From: Octopus sinensis
Taxonomy: Eukaryota
Direction of reading: 5' to 3'
NCBI RefSeq assembly: GCF_006345805.1
Contig: NC_043009.1
Span: 45,260,001-45,324,000, forward strand
DNA length: 64,000 nt
Each line of letters begins with the position of its first letter. The first letter of the stretch is position 1. Shown piece by piece: positions 38,430 through 53,780 of the stretch. Both the position numbers and the translations under genes were made by a program. The notes under the pieces are model-generated. The model saw only the letters and a program-made list of their open reading frames with translations. It was not told where the DNA came from and did no database searches.

Positions 38430-38600
38430 ATATTTCTTTATTGCCCACAAGGGGCTAAACATAGAGAGGACGAACAAGGACAGACAAAGGGATTAAGTCG
38501 ATTACATCAACCCCCAGTGCGGAACTGGTACTTTTATTTATCGACCTCGAAAGGATGAAAGGCAAAGTTGACCTCGGCGGAATTTGAGCTCAGAACGTTG
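38430..38600 (-). mobile_element. SINE family A copy
   Basis: GGGGCTAAAC tail and GAAAGGATGAAAGGCAAAGTTGACCTCGGCGGAATTTGAGCTCAGAACG core. Confidence 0.85.
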
Positions 38601-39622
38601 TCGACTTAGCAGACTATAGTACATGATAAGTACTTTAATTTGACGAAAATCTGAAAGGCAGAGTCATCCTCCGTCGGACTGGAACTCGGTATATAAAAGA
38701 ACGTTAAAAATATGGAAGGGGCGGCTGTCCATCTTTCCTTCACCTACTTACAACAATTCATCGCTTTCATCAACAACAATGAATCCTGTTATAAGCAAGC
38801 CGTTGCAATTATAAAGGATAATAGTCTTGTTATTAACCAAGAGGACCCGTAATTACTACAACCCCATGCCCCACAAAAACCAAAAGATTCTGAATCCGCA
38901 ATCTATATTATAAGCGGTGTGCGCATGAATGTTGTCTAATAATAGGTCTTTCACATTCAGCCTATTTTGACACTATTTTAAAAAGTTTTTGTACTAGTTT
39001 CCCTCATTAGACTGCCACTATCGTGGGGCATCGCATTGAAAAGTGTAGTCAAAAGAAATCGATCTCTGTACTTTTTAAAGACCGGTACTTAATTCAGCCG
39101 AGCTTTTCGCCGAACCGCTATGTAACGGGGACGTCAAAAGACCAATATCGGTTCTCAAGAGGTGGAGGCAATTACAAAGATCGATACATGCCTATCTATA
39201 TGTTTGTCTGTGTATCTAGTTAATGGACATCTGTAAACTTTCCCTCTACCAACTTCACTTTCAAAGGTATCTCTTTTAAAGAAATCGCTGCTGGGTGGTG
39301 GTGGGTTCTTCGACGTTGCTACACAGGATCACATACTTTCTGCGGTTGAGTGTATAGTCGATCGTATCGGCCCCGGCATATAAAAAAAGTGCAAAAACAA
39401 AAACAACAAAATAGCTATGGATTTGTGTTGTAGTCACTAAACCAGACATTTCGGGGTTAGTTACAACAGAATACAATGATTCCAGGACTTGACAAGTACT
39501 TCATTTTATCGATTCCCGGAAGAAGAGCAAAAAGCCCAATCGAACTCCCCGTGATTTGATCTGAGAACAAAGAAATTAAAATTGTACAACAAAAATTCAG
39601 TTGTTCCTTTAATTGTTGTAAC

Positions 39623-39655
<33 letters not shown>

Positions 39656-40034
39656 GGGCTACCAATTGAGCCAGACAAAGGCACCAATTGAGCAAGATAA
39701 CAGTACTGACCAATAGACCGTGACGATACCATCTATTTACCAAGGTATAGTATTCCGCAGGCTATCAACCATTATATCCTTTCTTCTTCCTTTTTCAGAC
39801 TGTAGGATGTGATTTGAAGATTATTTGGTTGCGGCTTCTTTCAGGTCGGGTAACCACATAAAGTCGCCTACATTTTGTGCGACGTCCTGAGTTAAGAGAA
39901 ATGGATGTAGTTGTGAGTTTCATGCTTCTCTCAATGTTGGATGGAACAAGTGAGGCAACAGCGGACATCTTTGAGTCGGACATCTATTTCTATCTTATAA
40001 TGTTTGTCGTATACTAGCAGACAACTCATGATGA

Positions 40035-40103
<69 letters not shown>

Positions 40104-40194
40104 AGCACTACTACTGCTGCTGCTGCTGCTGTTACTACTGCTGCTGCTGCTGTTACTACTGCTGCTGCTGCAAAATAACAGCAATATATATAAT

Positions 40195-41156
40195 TTCAAA
40201 TGTTGGTGCAAGGCCTGCAATTTTAAGGGATTAAATTAGTCAGTTACATTGGTCCCAATACTTGGCTGAATATTTATTTTATCAACCCGCCAAAGGATGA
40301 AATCTGACTTCAGCTAGATTTGAAATTAGAGCCTAATCTATGAGAAAAACCCCGCTAAGTATTTTGTTCGACGCGCTACTGATTCTGCTAGCTCACCACA
40401 TGATTACTAATGCTAATACTACCAATAATAATAGTTGCAAATGTTTGGCACAAGGTCAGCAATTTCGGGTGGTTAAATCGGCCACAGTGCTCACATAGTT
40501 GTTATTTTTATGGAACACGAAATGATGAAAGGCCAACTCAGCCTCGCCGGCATTTGAACACAGAGCGTAAAGACGGACGAAATGCTGCGAAAAATTTTGC
40601 CTGCATGCTAACGATTCTACCTGCTTGCCGCCTTAAAAGCAATAACAACAATTATAATCATAATTGTAATAGTCCCTTCAGTTATAGGCACAAGGCCTGC
40701 AATTTTGGAGGACGGGTCTAGTCGATAACATCGATCTCATTGTTTGACTAGTACCTGCTTTATCGACCTCGTAAGAATGAGAGGCAAAGTCGACCAAGGC
40801 CGCATTAAAACTCAGAATATATAGAGGCGTTAAAATGCCGCTAAGTATTTTTGTTGCCACATGAATACTACTAATAATAATTATAATCCTTTCTGCTACA
40901 AGCACAAGGCCCAAACTTTGTGGGAGGGGCTAGTCGATTAGATCGACCCGTGTTCAACTGGTATTTATTTCATCGGCCTCGAAAGGATGAAAGCTAAAGT
41001 CGTCTTCAGCGGGATTTGAATTCAGAACGTAAAGACGCAATTTGCTCGGCGCGCTAACGGTTCTGCTTAATAATAATTGTAATAATAATTGTAATAATAA
41101 TGATAATGATAATAATAGTAATAATTTATAATAATAATAATAACAATAATAATAAC

Positions 41157-41224
<68 letters not shown>

Positions 41225-41228
41225 TAAC

Positions 41229-41273
<45 letters not shown>

Positions 41274-41520
41274 CCTTTCTACTATAGGCACAAGGTCTGG
41301 AATTTGTGGAGCTGGGCATAGTCGATTGCATCGTTCCCAGTACTTGACTGGCACTTAATTTATCGACCCCGAAAGGATGAAAGACAAAGTCGACATCGGT
41401 GGAATTTTAACTCAGGTGAAATACTGCTAGGCATTTCGTCCAGCATGTAGCTCTCCACCACAATGATGATAATAATTTTTCTTCTACTATAGGCACAAAA
41501 CCTGAAATTTTGCGGTAGAA
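40195..41520 (-). mobile_element. Head-to-tail run of about five SINE family A copies separated by (AAT)n tails
   Basis: Copies at about 40195-40400, 40430-40635, 40670-40865, 40890-41070 and 41272-41460 are all in the same orientation. A further tail fragment lies at about 41475-41520. Confidence 0.8.
41075..41272. repeat. (AAT)n microsatellite
   Basis: Directly visible tract. Confidence 0.95.
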
Positions 41521-41556
41521 GGTTAGACGATTTCTTTAACCCCAGTTCTTAATAAC

Positions 41557-41608
<52 letters not shown>

Positions 41609-42179
41609 TTGATGAAGATGATGCTGCAGACGATGATGGTTACGACGATAGTAACATGAAACAACGTCAGGACAAAGAGCTGAAGTATAGCGGCAACTAT
41701 AGCTACGCGTGGCTCTGTGGGTAAACAATATTTACCAATAACGAAAACTCTTTCTCTCTCTGTCTCTTTGTCTGTCTGTCTGTCTGTCTCGCACACGCGC
41801 AAAACGCGCGCGCGCGCACACACACACGCACAAGCGCAGGCAGGTGCATATTCTCATTCATATCCAGTCGTCGTCACACGCGCAACTAAAATACATATAA
41901 TCTCCTATGCACTCGAAACACGCAAACGTAGCAGTCGCGCACTTTGCGTACACACACACATCCATGCATGTAAGTGCACACGTATCTATACCCATAAACA
42001 GACACGCACACACACACACACATCATGCATATAGGCGCATGCATATCCATATTCACGCATATTCATGCGCTCACGTATATATACGCATAAGCGCACACGC
42101 ACATAGAAAATTTACATAAGTATGCGCGCTCACGTTAACATGCACATAAGCGCACACGCACATCAGAAAATGAAAGTAA

Positions 42180-43265
<1,086 letters not shown>

Positions 43266-46200
43266 TTCTCCATTTTTCTAGCTATCTACACGCAATTTTT
43301 CGTACATTACATTACACACACGCATTCCAACATTCTCATTAGTAGGCACTAGCGCACCATCGCATATACACACCACTGCACACACACATATTACAACCTG
43401 TTCCGATGTTGCGACGAAATCTGCGTTGACTATCATCCACACAGAGTGTGTCTGTCTGTGTACGAGCGTCAGTGTGTGTCTATGTTTACGTTAAGTGTGT
43501 AAGTGTGTGCGCGTCTTTACACAGCCTTTAAGTAGCGGCTGCATTTTTAAGCTCCGCGTACAACTAGTTGTTTTATATGTCAAAAAGCGGTGATATTACG
43601 AACATTGCAGTTCATCTATGCGGAACGATGCCCCCATCATCAAGTTTGTATGTAAGTGCAAGTGCAAACACACATGAGGGTCTGTTGAAGAACCTTCAGC
43701 CTGCTCTTGAAATAATGGAACTACACAAACACATTAAATTCGGTCAGCTGGGATTAACTAACACGGAAAAATTTTGTAAGTCTTCGTCGGCGGAAGATGA
43801 CGCTTCTCAATTCTCAGTAATATGGCAAGGTCGAAATTGGCAATACCTTCGATTATTCCACTGTATTCTTATTTGAAGAAATCTAATTACATTGCCCACT
43901 TCTGTTTTTCTTTCTTCTTCTCTGTCTTCACTCTTTTTCTTCGGTCTTTAGTTCTTTCTCAGATTTTATTTTAGTTGTTTATTTTTGTTTTAGTTGTTTA
44001 TTTTTGTTTTATTTGTTGCGCTTCCTTTCTCTGCTGTCTCTGTCTGTCTTCCTGCCTGCCTGTCTGTCGCTGCTGTATGTTTTCTTTTTGTTTTATCTTT
44101 CTATTTCCCTCTGCTTATACTCTCTCTTTTATCGTAAACCTTGTGGAATCGGAGAGCAAAGTAACATACACGCACATACATCACTCATAAACACATAAAT
44201 AGATGCATATATCTATATCTATATATACATGTACATATATGTGCACACATGCACACACACACATGCATACGAAATTATATTTACAAGAATATAAGTAAAT
44301 TGTATTTGGGTTTAATTACACTGCATTTGCTTTTGTTTAAAAAGAATATATATATTTAAATGATGAATTAAGAAACAAACAATTATTGAAAATTCTTAAT
44401 TGTGATGAAATTACTGAAAAATAATTGCAAAGAGATAAAGGAAAAGAATGATATAAAGAAGAAAATAATTAATGTAAATAAAACATATAAAAGAAAATTA
44501 TCAAAATTGAAATATAAAAACACGAAACAAGAAAAAGGGAGACAGGAAAGGAGAGGAAGGAGAAAGAAAAGAGGGAATAGAGGAGGAAAAAAACTCGTGT
44601 TTTCAGCTGTAGATGTAATGTAGTTGACTTAAGAATCTGTGTTTAATTCATTCCTACAGTTGCATATACCTTGGTATTGTATGCGTAGAATCAGAAGCAA
44701 ATTGTTGATGACTGTTCAGATGTATGGACAGTAAGTCTGTTGTATATTTATTTATTCCAGCCGCGTAAGGAAGGATTTTGGATTAAGTGGGGAAAAAAAG
44801 AAAGGAAGAAAAAAATTCCACTGGAAAAACGTACGTTGAAAAAAAAAAATCTTAAAGAAAACAAAATAATTCGGAAGGAAAAAAATGAAAGAATAATCGT
44901 AATTTGGAAACAAAAGAGACAAAAAAAACAGCATACAATAACAAACAAAGACATCATATATATATATACATATATATCGATTTATCGCAGGTATTAAAAT
45001 ACATTAAAGGTGACAGTAAGTAATAATATACAACAATATCAGTAATAGCAACTACAATAATTACAAAATGCAAACAACTATATTGATAACAACAACAACA
45101 ACGGCATTTGTAGCAATGGTGAAGAATTACAACTACAGAAACGATAGCAACAACAAGAAGTACTGGTAAAGCAGCCGCACAGAAATGTAAGTTATTGTTA
45201 GGTTTTCATCGTTTTAACCACAAGACCTCTGTGCAGTCGCATGTGAAGAAGACTTGTTTGTTAAAGGAAGCAACTGCATACACCAACACCATCATCAACA
45301 ACAAGTGTCTATGAAAATGTAAAAGAAACTAGTTTGTCACGGCGTTGAAGAGTCTGTTTCGTGTCAGGCTCAGACACAAAGCGCTTGACAGAAAAAAAAA
45401 TATAACAAAACAAAACAAAAAAAAACAAACCATCCAGCAAGATAACAGCAATTAGGAAGAAAGAAAGAAAAATGTTATTGTTGGAGATGTTACATTCTTT
45501 GTGGTAATGCCACAGTTTGGAAATATAGAAGTTAATAACAAGACATCGAAGTTGGTTAATTATGATTCGGAAATAAGAAAGGTTGTCGGAAGAATTGCGA
45601 AGCTTGTGGTCCGAACTAGTTTCGTTTATCATCTGTTGTTGAATGTGGTCGTTATCATCACTTTCTTAGACGACCCGGTCAAACGATGGATATATACAAG
45701 AAAATTAGAAAGAAAAAAAAAGATGCCGTCTATAATTTGAACGGTATGTCGCTCTATATACACACCACTATTATGTAGAATATGTAAATGTAAATAAATA
45801 CACACACACATAAACAACAACAAGAATAACAGTATAGTGTAGAATCAACACGCAAACACTGACGCGTATAAGCATAATGTAGAACAAAAAAGAATAGCTG
45901 AAATAATAAATATATACATCGATATATTATAAACTATTTTCCATTTTACCACCATAGACTATATATTTATATACTAATATATGTCAAATATAGGTATATG
46001 CCCATAAATATACTCTTAAAAATAAAATAAAAACAACCAAAACAAATAACTACCCCCGTCCGCCACCCCGCTAAAAGGTATTATGAAATAAAAGGGGGGA
46101 GAGTGAGAATGAAACTGTGAGAGGAAGAGGGAGAAGGAGGTAAATAGTGAGAGGGAGAGAAAAAGAGAGGGAGAGAAGGAGAATAAAAGAAAAAAGGAAA

Positions 46201-46285
46201 GCAAAAACGAAAGGCAATATTAAGTCAAGTTTTTTTTTTTAAATAGATACAACCACCAACACTGATAGGCTACTACTACTTCTAT

Positions 46286-46323
<38 letters not shown>

Positions 46324-46350
46324 TTGCTGCTGCTGCTACTACTACTACTT

Positions 46351-46407
<57 letters not shown>

Positions 46408-48654
46408 GTGTGTCTGTTATGTTTTCTGTTTTTTTTTTGTATGTATTTTCTTCGTAACTGAAAGCAAAACATGTTAGAATTTTTTGTATAAAGTTGCCAA
46501 AGATAAGGAAAAAAAACCCAATAAAAATCCCTAACAAAACAAAGATTAAAAAAGTAAAAAAGAAAAGGCAGCCAAAATGATTACAAAAACAACCGTGCAC
46601 CAACAACAACAACATCAACAACAGTTTCTTCAATTATAACAAAAAACGTTGCCAATTTCGAATTACTTTCGGGAATATAAAGATACATTATTATTATTAT
46701 TAATATTTTTATTATTATTTTATTATTATTAAAGGGATTAAAAGTAACCCTGACACGAACACTGACCAAAGGATTTACCCTGAATTCATCATAGTTACGG
46801 ATTACTACACGTGTGGATTTTGGTTTTAATCATCGCTCGAATCTTGGAATACATTGCTTGGATTATTTAAATGACACCAATTATCTAATACGGATTTCAA
46901 AATACGCGCATCTACGTTCATACATAAGTACAAATGTATGTGATCTAACACATCGCACACACGCACACACACACACATTCACGGACACACGCTGACACAG
47001 TCACAGAGGTAACAACACACACACACACACATATGTTTGTATATATAACCATAAATATGTATGATGTTTATCATTTTATAATTTTTCAATAAGGTGCTAG
47101 TTGAGAAGTAAGTACCTAAGCTTCTAGTTTATATTTATTCAATTTTTCTTTCTTCTAAGTATTCACCTGTATACTTAAAATGTTCTTATAGTTAACAGGT
47201 AACTCACGCGACTGTGAGGGCAGAATCGGTAGTATTGGGTATTTTAACTCGAATTTAACACTACAACAACTACAAGTAATAATCACAATAAAACAAAAAA
47301 AGGGTAACAGCAACAATGTTTGAAGCGAACAGATAAGTTAGAATTACTGTCTCAATTGATATTGTTGTAAAATAGTTTATGTTAAAAAATCTTCTCGTAT
47401 ATGAGGCTTCTTCTACAAAGTATTCAGATAGACTTCAGGGGTTTCCTTAAGATATAAAGGTGGTTTTAGAACACATATACACACATACAGACACTGTGTG
47501 GTGTATATATATATATTTATATATATCTTTTGTAATTTTCAGTAAAATTATATTTTACTTTTCGATTATTTAAAAGATTAAAAATTGTTAAATATTAGAA
47601 ATGGTTATAAATAAGATTAGGCAGGTAGCATGGTACCTAATTTAATTTAGATATGTGTGCAACAATAATTAAATATAAGTGTAATTAAAAATTATTTTAC
47701 ATTTAAAATTGCTTTCCGTTATATAACGTGCAGGTGTACGTTTTAATACATATGTTTAATTACTCAGTAACAGTACCATAGCAAGTTAAAGATGTATATA
47801 TGATAATGTACAATTGTATGTTATATACATACATGCATACATCTATGCATACTTAGATATCTATATAGAAGTAGAAATGCTACCATGTACTTAGAACAGA
47901 AATCTAGTTATAATATTCTTCGTATGTTATAATAAATTATCATCACAGCTAGATCAAATTACCTATATTAAGGGCAGATTTTACTAAAATTTTCTTTGCA
48001 GACAAACAACAACAAAAGCACACGTCTAGAAACTTGGTTCAGTTTTGAAAGAATGAAAGCTTTAGAAAGTCAGAATGGACAGGGAATATTTCTATTGTTA
48101 AATTGAAAACTGAAAATCTGTAATATTTCCTTCATTGGTTCAACAATACTAAACATGTCCCCTAATGACTGTTTGATCTCATAAATCCTCAGATAATGGT
48201 GTATGGTAAAATAGAAATGAAAATAATCATTAAAACAGAACCACTGAAATCTAATTTTATGTTAAAGAAAGGTATATGAAAATATAAAAAGCAAAATAAA
48301 AAAAACAACATTCAGTACAAGAAAAGAAAGGGAAAAAGAAATAGATATTTGTATATCTTTAGGTAAATTCTCAGACACAATTTCTATAAGCAAATCGATG
48401 AAACCATATGCAAGAAAAAATCTATTATTCTTGAAGTTAGTAGACATAAGGCTGGAACGAACGGTAACCATGTTAAATAAATACAAAACTTGACGAATGC
48501 TTACAAATTAGAGGAATTTATTAAGACAATTGTGAGCCTAAATAACTAAAATATGAACTAAGGTGGAAATGGACATACAAACAAACTAAAAGCTTAATAT
48601 GTATGGGGAACATAAGGGTTTTGATCAGTTGAGCGTTGTACGGCTTCGTTCATA

Positions 48655-49047
48655 ATGCGGCCCCTGCTGTCCCAAATCGCTGTTTTCGTCTCCTTAGTCA
48701 TGCCTCTGGTGTGGATTATAATTCTTCCTGGGGTCAACACACAACACAACCGCACGATCGCAGCCCTATTTGACAAGGCTCAGTACTCCCTGCTCTCACG
48801 TATCTTCACTAAAGCTATTACAGAATTGCGAAACAACAGTACACAAACCCGGTTTCAAGGCTACAAAGTTAAAGCATCGACCAACTTCTACGATGTAATC
48901 AACGAGATATGTCGTGCCATTAAACACGGGAATGTGGAATCATTTATTGTAGTGGGTAAAAGCCCGACAATTCACGCCGTTAATATTGTGGCGGAGGCCT
49001 TGTCAATACCAGTGCTTGGCTACATGCTCGGAGAAGATACACTAAAG
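48655..49047 (+). CDS. First coding exon (131 codons) of a secreted/membrane receptor with a LIVBP/PBP1-type N-terminal domain, most like an ionotropic (NMDA-type) glutamate receptor subunit
   Basis: ATG with A at -3 and an in-frame upstream TGA (48622-48624). Hydrophobic signal peptide, N-glycosylation sequons NRT and NST, and the ATD-like pattern IAALF..FYDVINEICRAI..VESFIVVG..VNIVAEALSIPVLGY. Ends AAG|GTAAGT, a phase-0 consensus donor. Confidence 0.75.
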
Positions 49048-49350
49048 GTAAGTCATTTCTAACATTGAACTCATCAACAATAACCAAAACAACAACAACA
49101 ATAATAACTACAGCAAGACAACTAATTATAACACCTGCAACACTAGCAGCAAACACAACAATAAATATGAAAAACAACAAACAACAACAACAAACTATAC
49201 TGCTTTTGTATTAACTATTGATTTTCCTAACGTATCTACCTATATTTCTAATTATATCAAAAGTAACATACATTCATATTTCTTATTGATGTCGATGTTG
49301 TCTTGTATAACATCTTGAGATTAGGTCACCAAATACATTTATGCCATGCG

Positions 49351-49430
<80 letters not shown>

Positions 49431-49644
49431 ATATGTATCGGTATGTCTGTCTGTCTATCTATTCGCCTACCTATTCTGCCTCATGTCTATCTATCCACGT
49501 ATCTCTTTCTATCCAACAATTCCCCCTCTCTCTCTTTCTGTCTATCTTCCTACCTATCTGTCTGTGTATCTGTCTGTCTGCCTATCTTTCTGCCCATCTT
49601 GCTGTCTGACTGTCTGACTGTCTGCCTATCTATCTTTGTATCTC

Positions 49645-49680
<36 letters not shown>

Positions 49681-50771
49681 ATCTATCTATCTATATCTCC
49701 CGTTTACCTGTCTGTCGATCTTCCATTTCTTCTATCGTTATATACAAATACATAGAAACGCATGACGCTACTACATTTATTCATCCATGCAGTAACACAC
49801 ACACACACACACACACACCACACACACACACACACTTACATACATACATACATACATGTATATATCACATAACACCCTTGACGTCTATTCGCATATTTAT
49901 ATACGCCAAATTATGCTTATCTAAACATTACGCTCCATAAACAATGCGTTGAAAGTGTAATTAAATAGTCACAATGAAAACTAAAAAAAAAAGAAAAAAA
50001 AGAACGTACACAATGGTTTCCATGACAACATGTCGATATTTCAAGTAGCTGAAACTTATGGAAGTTTAAATCAATAGATAAATATATGCAAGCATGCATC
50101 TATTTGTGTACAAATTGGCAGATATTTACATGTAACATGTAATTATTCCTATGAAGCACAGCTAAACGCGCGTCTACCTCTGTCCCATGACACAGATATG
50201 CACAGATATGCTCATGCGTATGTGTATGTATGTTTGTATATATGCATGTGTGTAAGGGTGACTATATATCCATATAAACATAGATACATATGAAATAGTT
50301 CCGTTTTTGGAACTGTGAATCTCGAAGCAGATATAGATACAAATAATGGCAAATATAATACAAACATAGATACATACACATTTGCGCGCGTGCATATGCA
50401 ATGAATGCATGAATTTGCTTGTTGGTCGTGTCCTTCGGGGCATAGAGGCCTTCTTACTAATTGCCACAGGTTCCAACTCCCTTTTTGTTCCTATTACTAT
50501 ACCTTCCAAACCCGTCGCTACCATGCTGTCCATCACCTCCTTCTCCATTACCAATGTCATAACCATTGTTAAGAACACCCACACCACTAATATCAGTAAC
50601 GTACAATCACGACACCAACGTCACCACCAGCATCGTTGCCATCATCATCATCATCATCATCGTCATCTTGCCTATTACCCACAGTAACACCATCAACGCC
50701 ACCATCAGATTTATAAACAGTCAAATTCACTAACCGACACATTTACCCTGATTCCGATCTGTCGCTGTCTG

Positions 50772-51110
50772 CTATGTATGTATGTATGTATGTATGTATG
50801 TATGTATGTATGTATGTATGTATGTATGTATGTATGTATGTATGTATGTATGTATGTATGCATGCATGCATGCATGTATGTATGTATGTATGTATGTATG
50901 TATGTACGTATGTATGTATGTATGTATGTATGTATGTATACATGTATGTATGTATGCATGCATGCATGCATGTATGTATGTATGTATTATGTATGTATGT
51001 ATGTATGTATGTATGTATGTATGTATGGTATGTATGTATGTATGTATGCATGCATGTATGTATGTATGCATGTATTATGTATGTACGTACATACGCATGT
51101 ATGTATGTAG
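50772..51110. repeat. (TATG)n/(CATG) microsatellite
   Basis: Directly visible; source of the MYVC/HTYI pseudo-ORFs. Confidence 0.95.
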
Positions 51111-51192
51111 ATGTGCATCTGTATATATCTATTTGTGTGTGCTTATCTCTCCCTCTCTCCCCGTCTCTCCCTCCATGCCCCCTCTCTCTCTG

Positions 51193-51223
<31 letters not shown>

Positions 51224-51797
51224 TATATATATGTGTGTGTGTGTGCGTGGTGTGTGTGTGTGCGTGTGTGTGTGTATAACATGACCTCTGCTTTCTTGTC
51301 AACCAGTCCTTCACGAGTCACGGGACCTAATAAGTTGCTGTTCGTTGGAGGCATCTAGGAATGAAAAAAATCTAGGACTCATTTACTATGGAGTTACTTC
51401 ATTTCTAGGTATCACAACCATATCTCTATAAACAAGCAACACTTGGATGTGTGTCAATATGTGTGTCAACATACGTGTTAATATATATGTGTATATTTAT
51501 ATATATATATATATGTTTGCATATGCGGATATAGATACATTCATGTATATGTATATAGATGCATGCATGCATATTTATGTTCGTATGTGTATACACACAC
51601 ACTCACACACACACACAAACACACACACATATACATACATATACATAGATGCAAGCACACACACACATATATATACATATACATAGATGCAAGCACACAC
51701 GCACATATATATATAGCCTTAATTCTCAAATAGAGAAATTATATCTACCAATGCGGTGTTGAGTGTTGAGCACTCATTTTCATTGTTTGACATTTAC

Positions 51798-51830
<33 letters not shown>

Positions 51831-52316
51831 GTTGAAAGATTTAAAAGGCCAAACAATGCAAATAGATTTTAAGATGAAGTAACGTAAACTAATAGTAAGT
51901 TACCTGGTAATCTTTGGTAATCTTATATTTATCCAATATTTCGGGACAAACAAGACCTTTCTTCAGGGTAAGATGCTTTTTTTTTTGTCGGAGATAAAAT
52001 AATTCTATGATTACATTTGAATTTTCTAGCGTAGCAACAACAATGCATTTTTAACCCTGGATACATATAAGACCGAAGATTGCCAGGTAACTTACTTTTA
52101 GTTTACGTTGCCTCATCTGAAAATCTATTCGCATTGTTTGGCCTTTAAATCTTTCAGCATTATATTCCATATACAATGTTTCAAGCAAAATGTGTGTGTG
52201 TATGTGTGTGCATGTGTGTGTGTATGTGTGAGTGTATATATGTGTATGTATATGTATATGTATATATATATATATGTGTGTGTGTATGTGTGTGTGTGTG
52301 TGTGTGTGTGTTTGTG

Positions 52317-52347
<31 letters not shown>

Positions 52348-52508
52348 CAATATAATATGGCTGGCCTGGTTTGGATGGATGCTACCGTCGTTTAGCCCCA
52401 GGAAACATCGTCTCCAGCTGGCTATACGATACAGCCAGCTGGAGACGATATTTCCTGGGACTAAACAACAGTAGAATTCATCTCAATCGGGACTGCCATA
52501 TTATATTG
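52348..52508. mobile_element. 161-bp hairpin element of the same family as 10497-10733
   Basis: Outer 14-bp perfect inverted repeat CAATATAATATGGC, inner 50-bp arms 52374-52423 / 52433-52482 (6 mismatches), 9-nt loop. Confidence 0.8.
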
Positions 52509-52559
52509 GTAAATAATCTTTACTGCATGTCTCTAGTTGAGAGATTTAGACATAATAAT

Positions 52560-52602
<43 letters not shown>

Positions 52603-52684
52603 GGTCCCGGGTTGAGTCGGGGTTAACCACAGTAAATAAGGTACTCAATACATAGCAGAGTAAAGTAATTTATTTTATAGAAGG

Positions 52685-52735
52685 AGCTTCTACAGGACTA
52701 GAACTGTTTCATTCAGATGAAATCTTCAGGAAGCT
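52685..52735 (-). ncRNA. Type I hammerhead ribozyme (complete three-stem fold)
   Basis: Minus strand reads AGCTTC-CTGAAGA-TTTCATCTGAAT-GAAA-CAG-TTCTAGTC-CTG-T-A-GAAGCT. Six-bp stem I, 4-bp stem III, GUA site. The base of stem II is a U.U mismatch. Confidence 0.65.
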
Positions 52736-53304
52736 GGCTGTCAAAATAAGTTCTGGTATTTATGCATTTAGGCAGATTTAATGGAGTGGTGGTGGGAGAC
52801 ATTTTTGGGTAGGTTGGTATTTAGAAGATAAATAGGGCACAAGCTATTGTTCTTAGGGGAGTGGTCAAAAGGCCAGATATATATATATATATATCACTGT
52901 CCCTGAATTGACAAGACATTTGGATGTAATTATAGTGTTGGTCAAAATGCGTTTCTTCGTATTGCTTCAACTTTCGAATGATACCTCTCCATTGGCTAGG
53001 CATGCGGGCCTACGTATCCCCTGAACGACGGGGTGGGCAAATGGTTGGAAGTTTATACATACAACTGAGTCGACTGGACCAAAGTGAAGTGCTTGTGCTG
53101 AAAAACAGCGCAGTGATGCACTGGGAATCGAAACTTCCATCTTGCAATCGTGAGTTAAGACATTAACCTCTAAGCTACGCGATGTTAACAGCCATCTCTG
53201 AGTTACGCTCTTTGCTGGGCAGCTCACGATGGATAACCCAAACATAGACATGAAAAGTTCAAGGAACGGTAAAAATCATAAAAGATATTAATATAGCAAA
53301 TATG

Positions 53305-53447
53305 CATACATGTATGAATATGTATGTATGTATGCATGCATGTATGTATGTATGTATGTATGTATGTATGTATGTAGTATGTATGTATGTATGTATGTTG
53401 TATGTATGTATGTATGCATGCATGATGTATGTATGTATGTATGTATG

Positions 53448-53483
<36 letters not shown>

Positions 53484-53780
53484 TGTATGTATGTATGTAT
53501 GTATGTATGTATGCATGCATGCATGCATGCATGCATGTATGTATGTATGTATGTATGCATGCATGCATGTATGTATGTATGTATGTATTGCATGTATGTA
53601 TGTATGTATGCATGCATGCATGTATGTATGTATTGTATGTATGCATGTACGTATGTATGTATGTATGCATGCATGTATGTATGTATGTATTGTATGTATG
53701 TAAGTATTGCATGTATGTATGTATGTATGCATGCATGTATGTATTGTATGTATGTATGTATGTGTGTATATATGCATCTA
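53305..53780. repeat. (TATG)n/(CATG) microsatellite
   Basis: Directly visible long degenerate tract. Confidence 0.95.

Noticed and set aside
43568-43876. 102-aa non-repetitive ORF
   Set aside because: No ATG start at the annotated position and no recognisable homology; kept only as a possible UTR exon.
45600-45690. HHR-like remnant on the - strand (GAAACTAGTT-CGGACC)
   Set aside because: The CUGANGA core is broken and no stem II forms; counted only as a possible relic.
50470-50555. Branch-point plus CAG acceptor giving VPTPFLFLLLYLPNPS.. as exon 2
   Set aside because: The frame hits a stop after 30 codons in low-complexity sequence with no donor.
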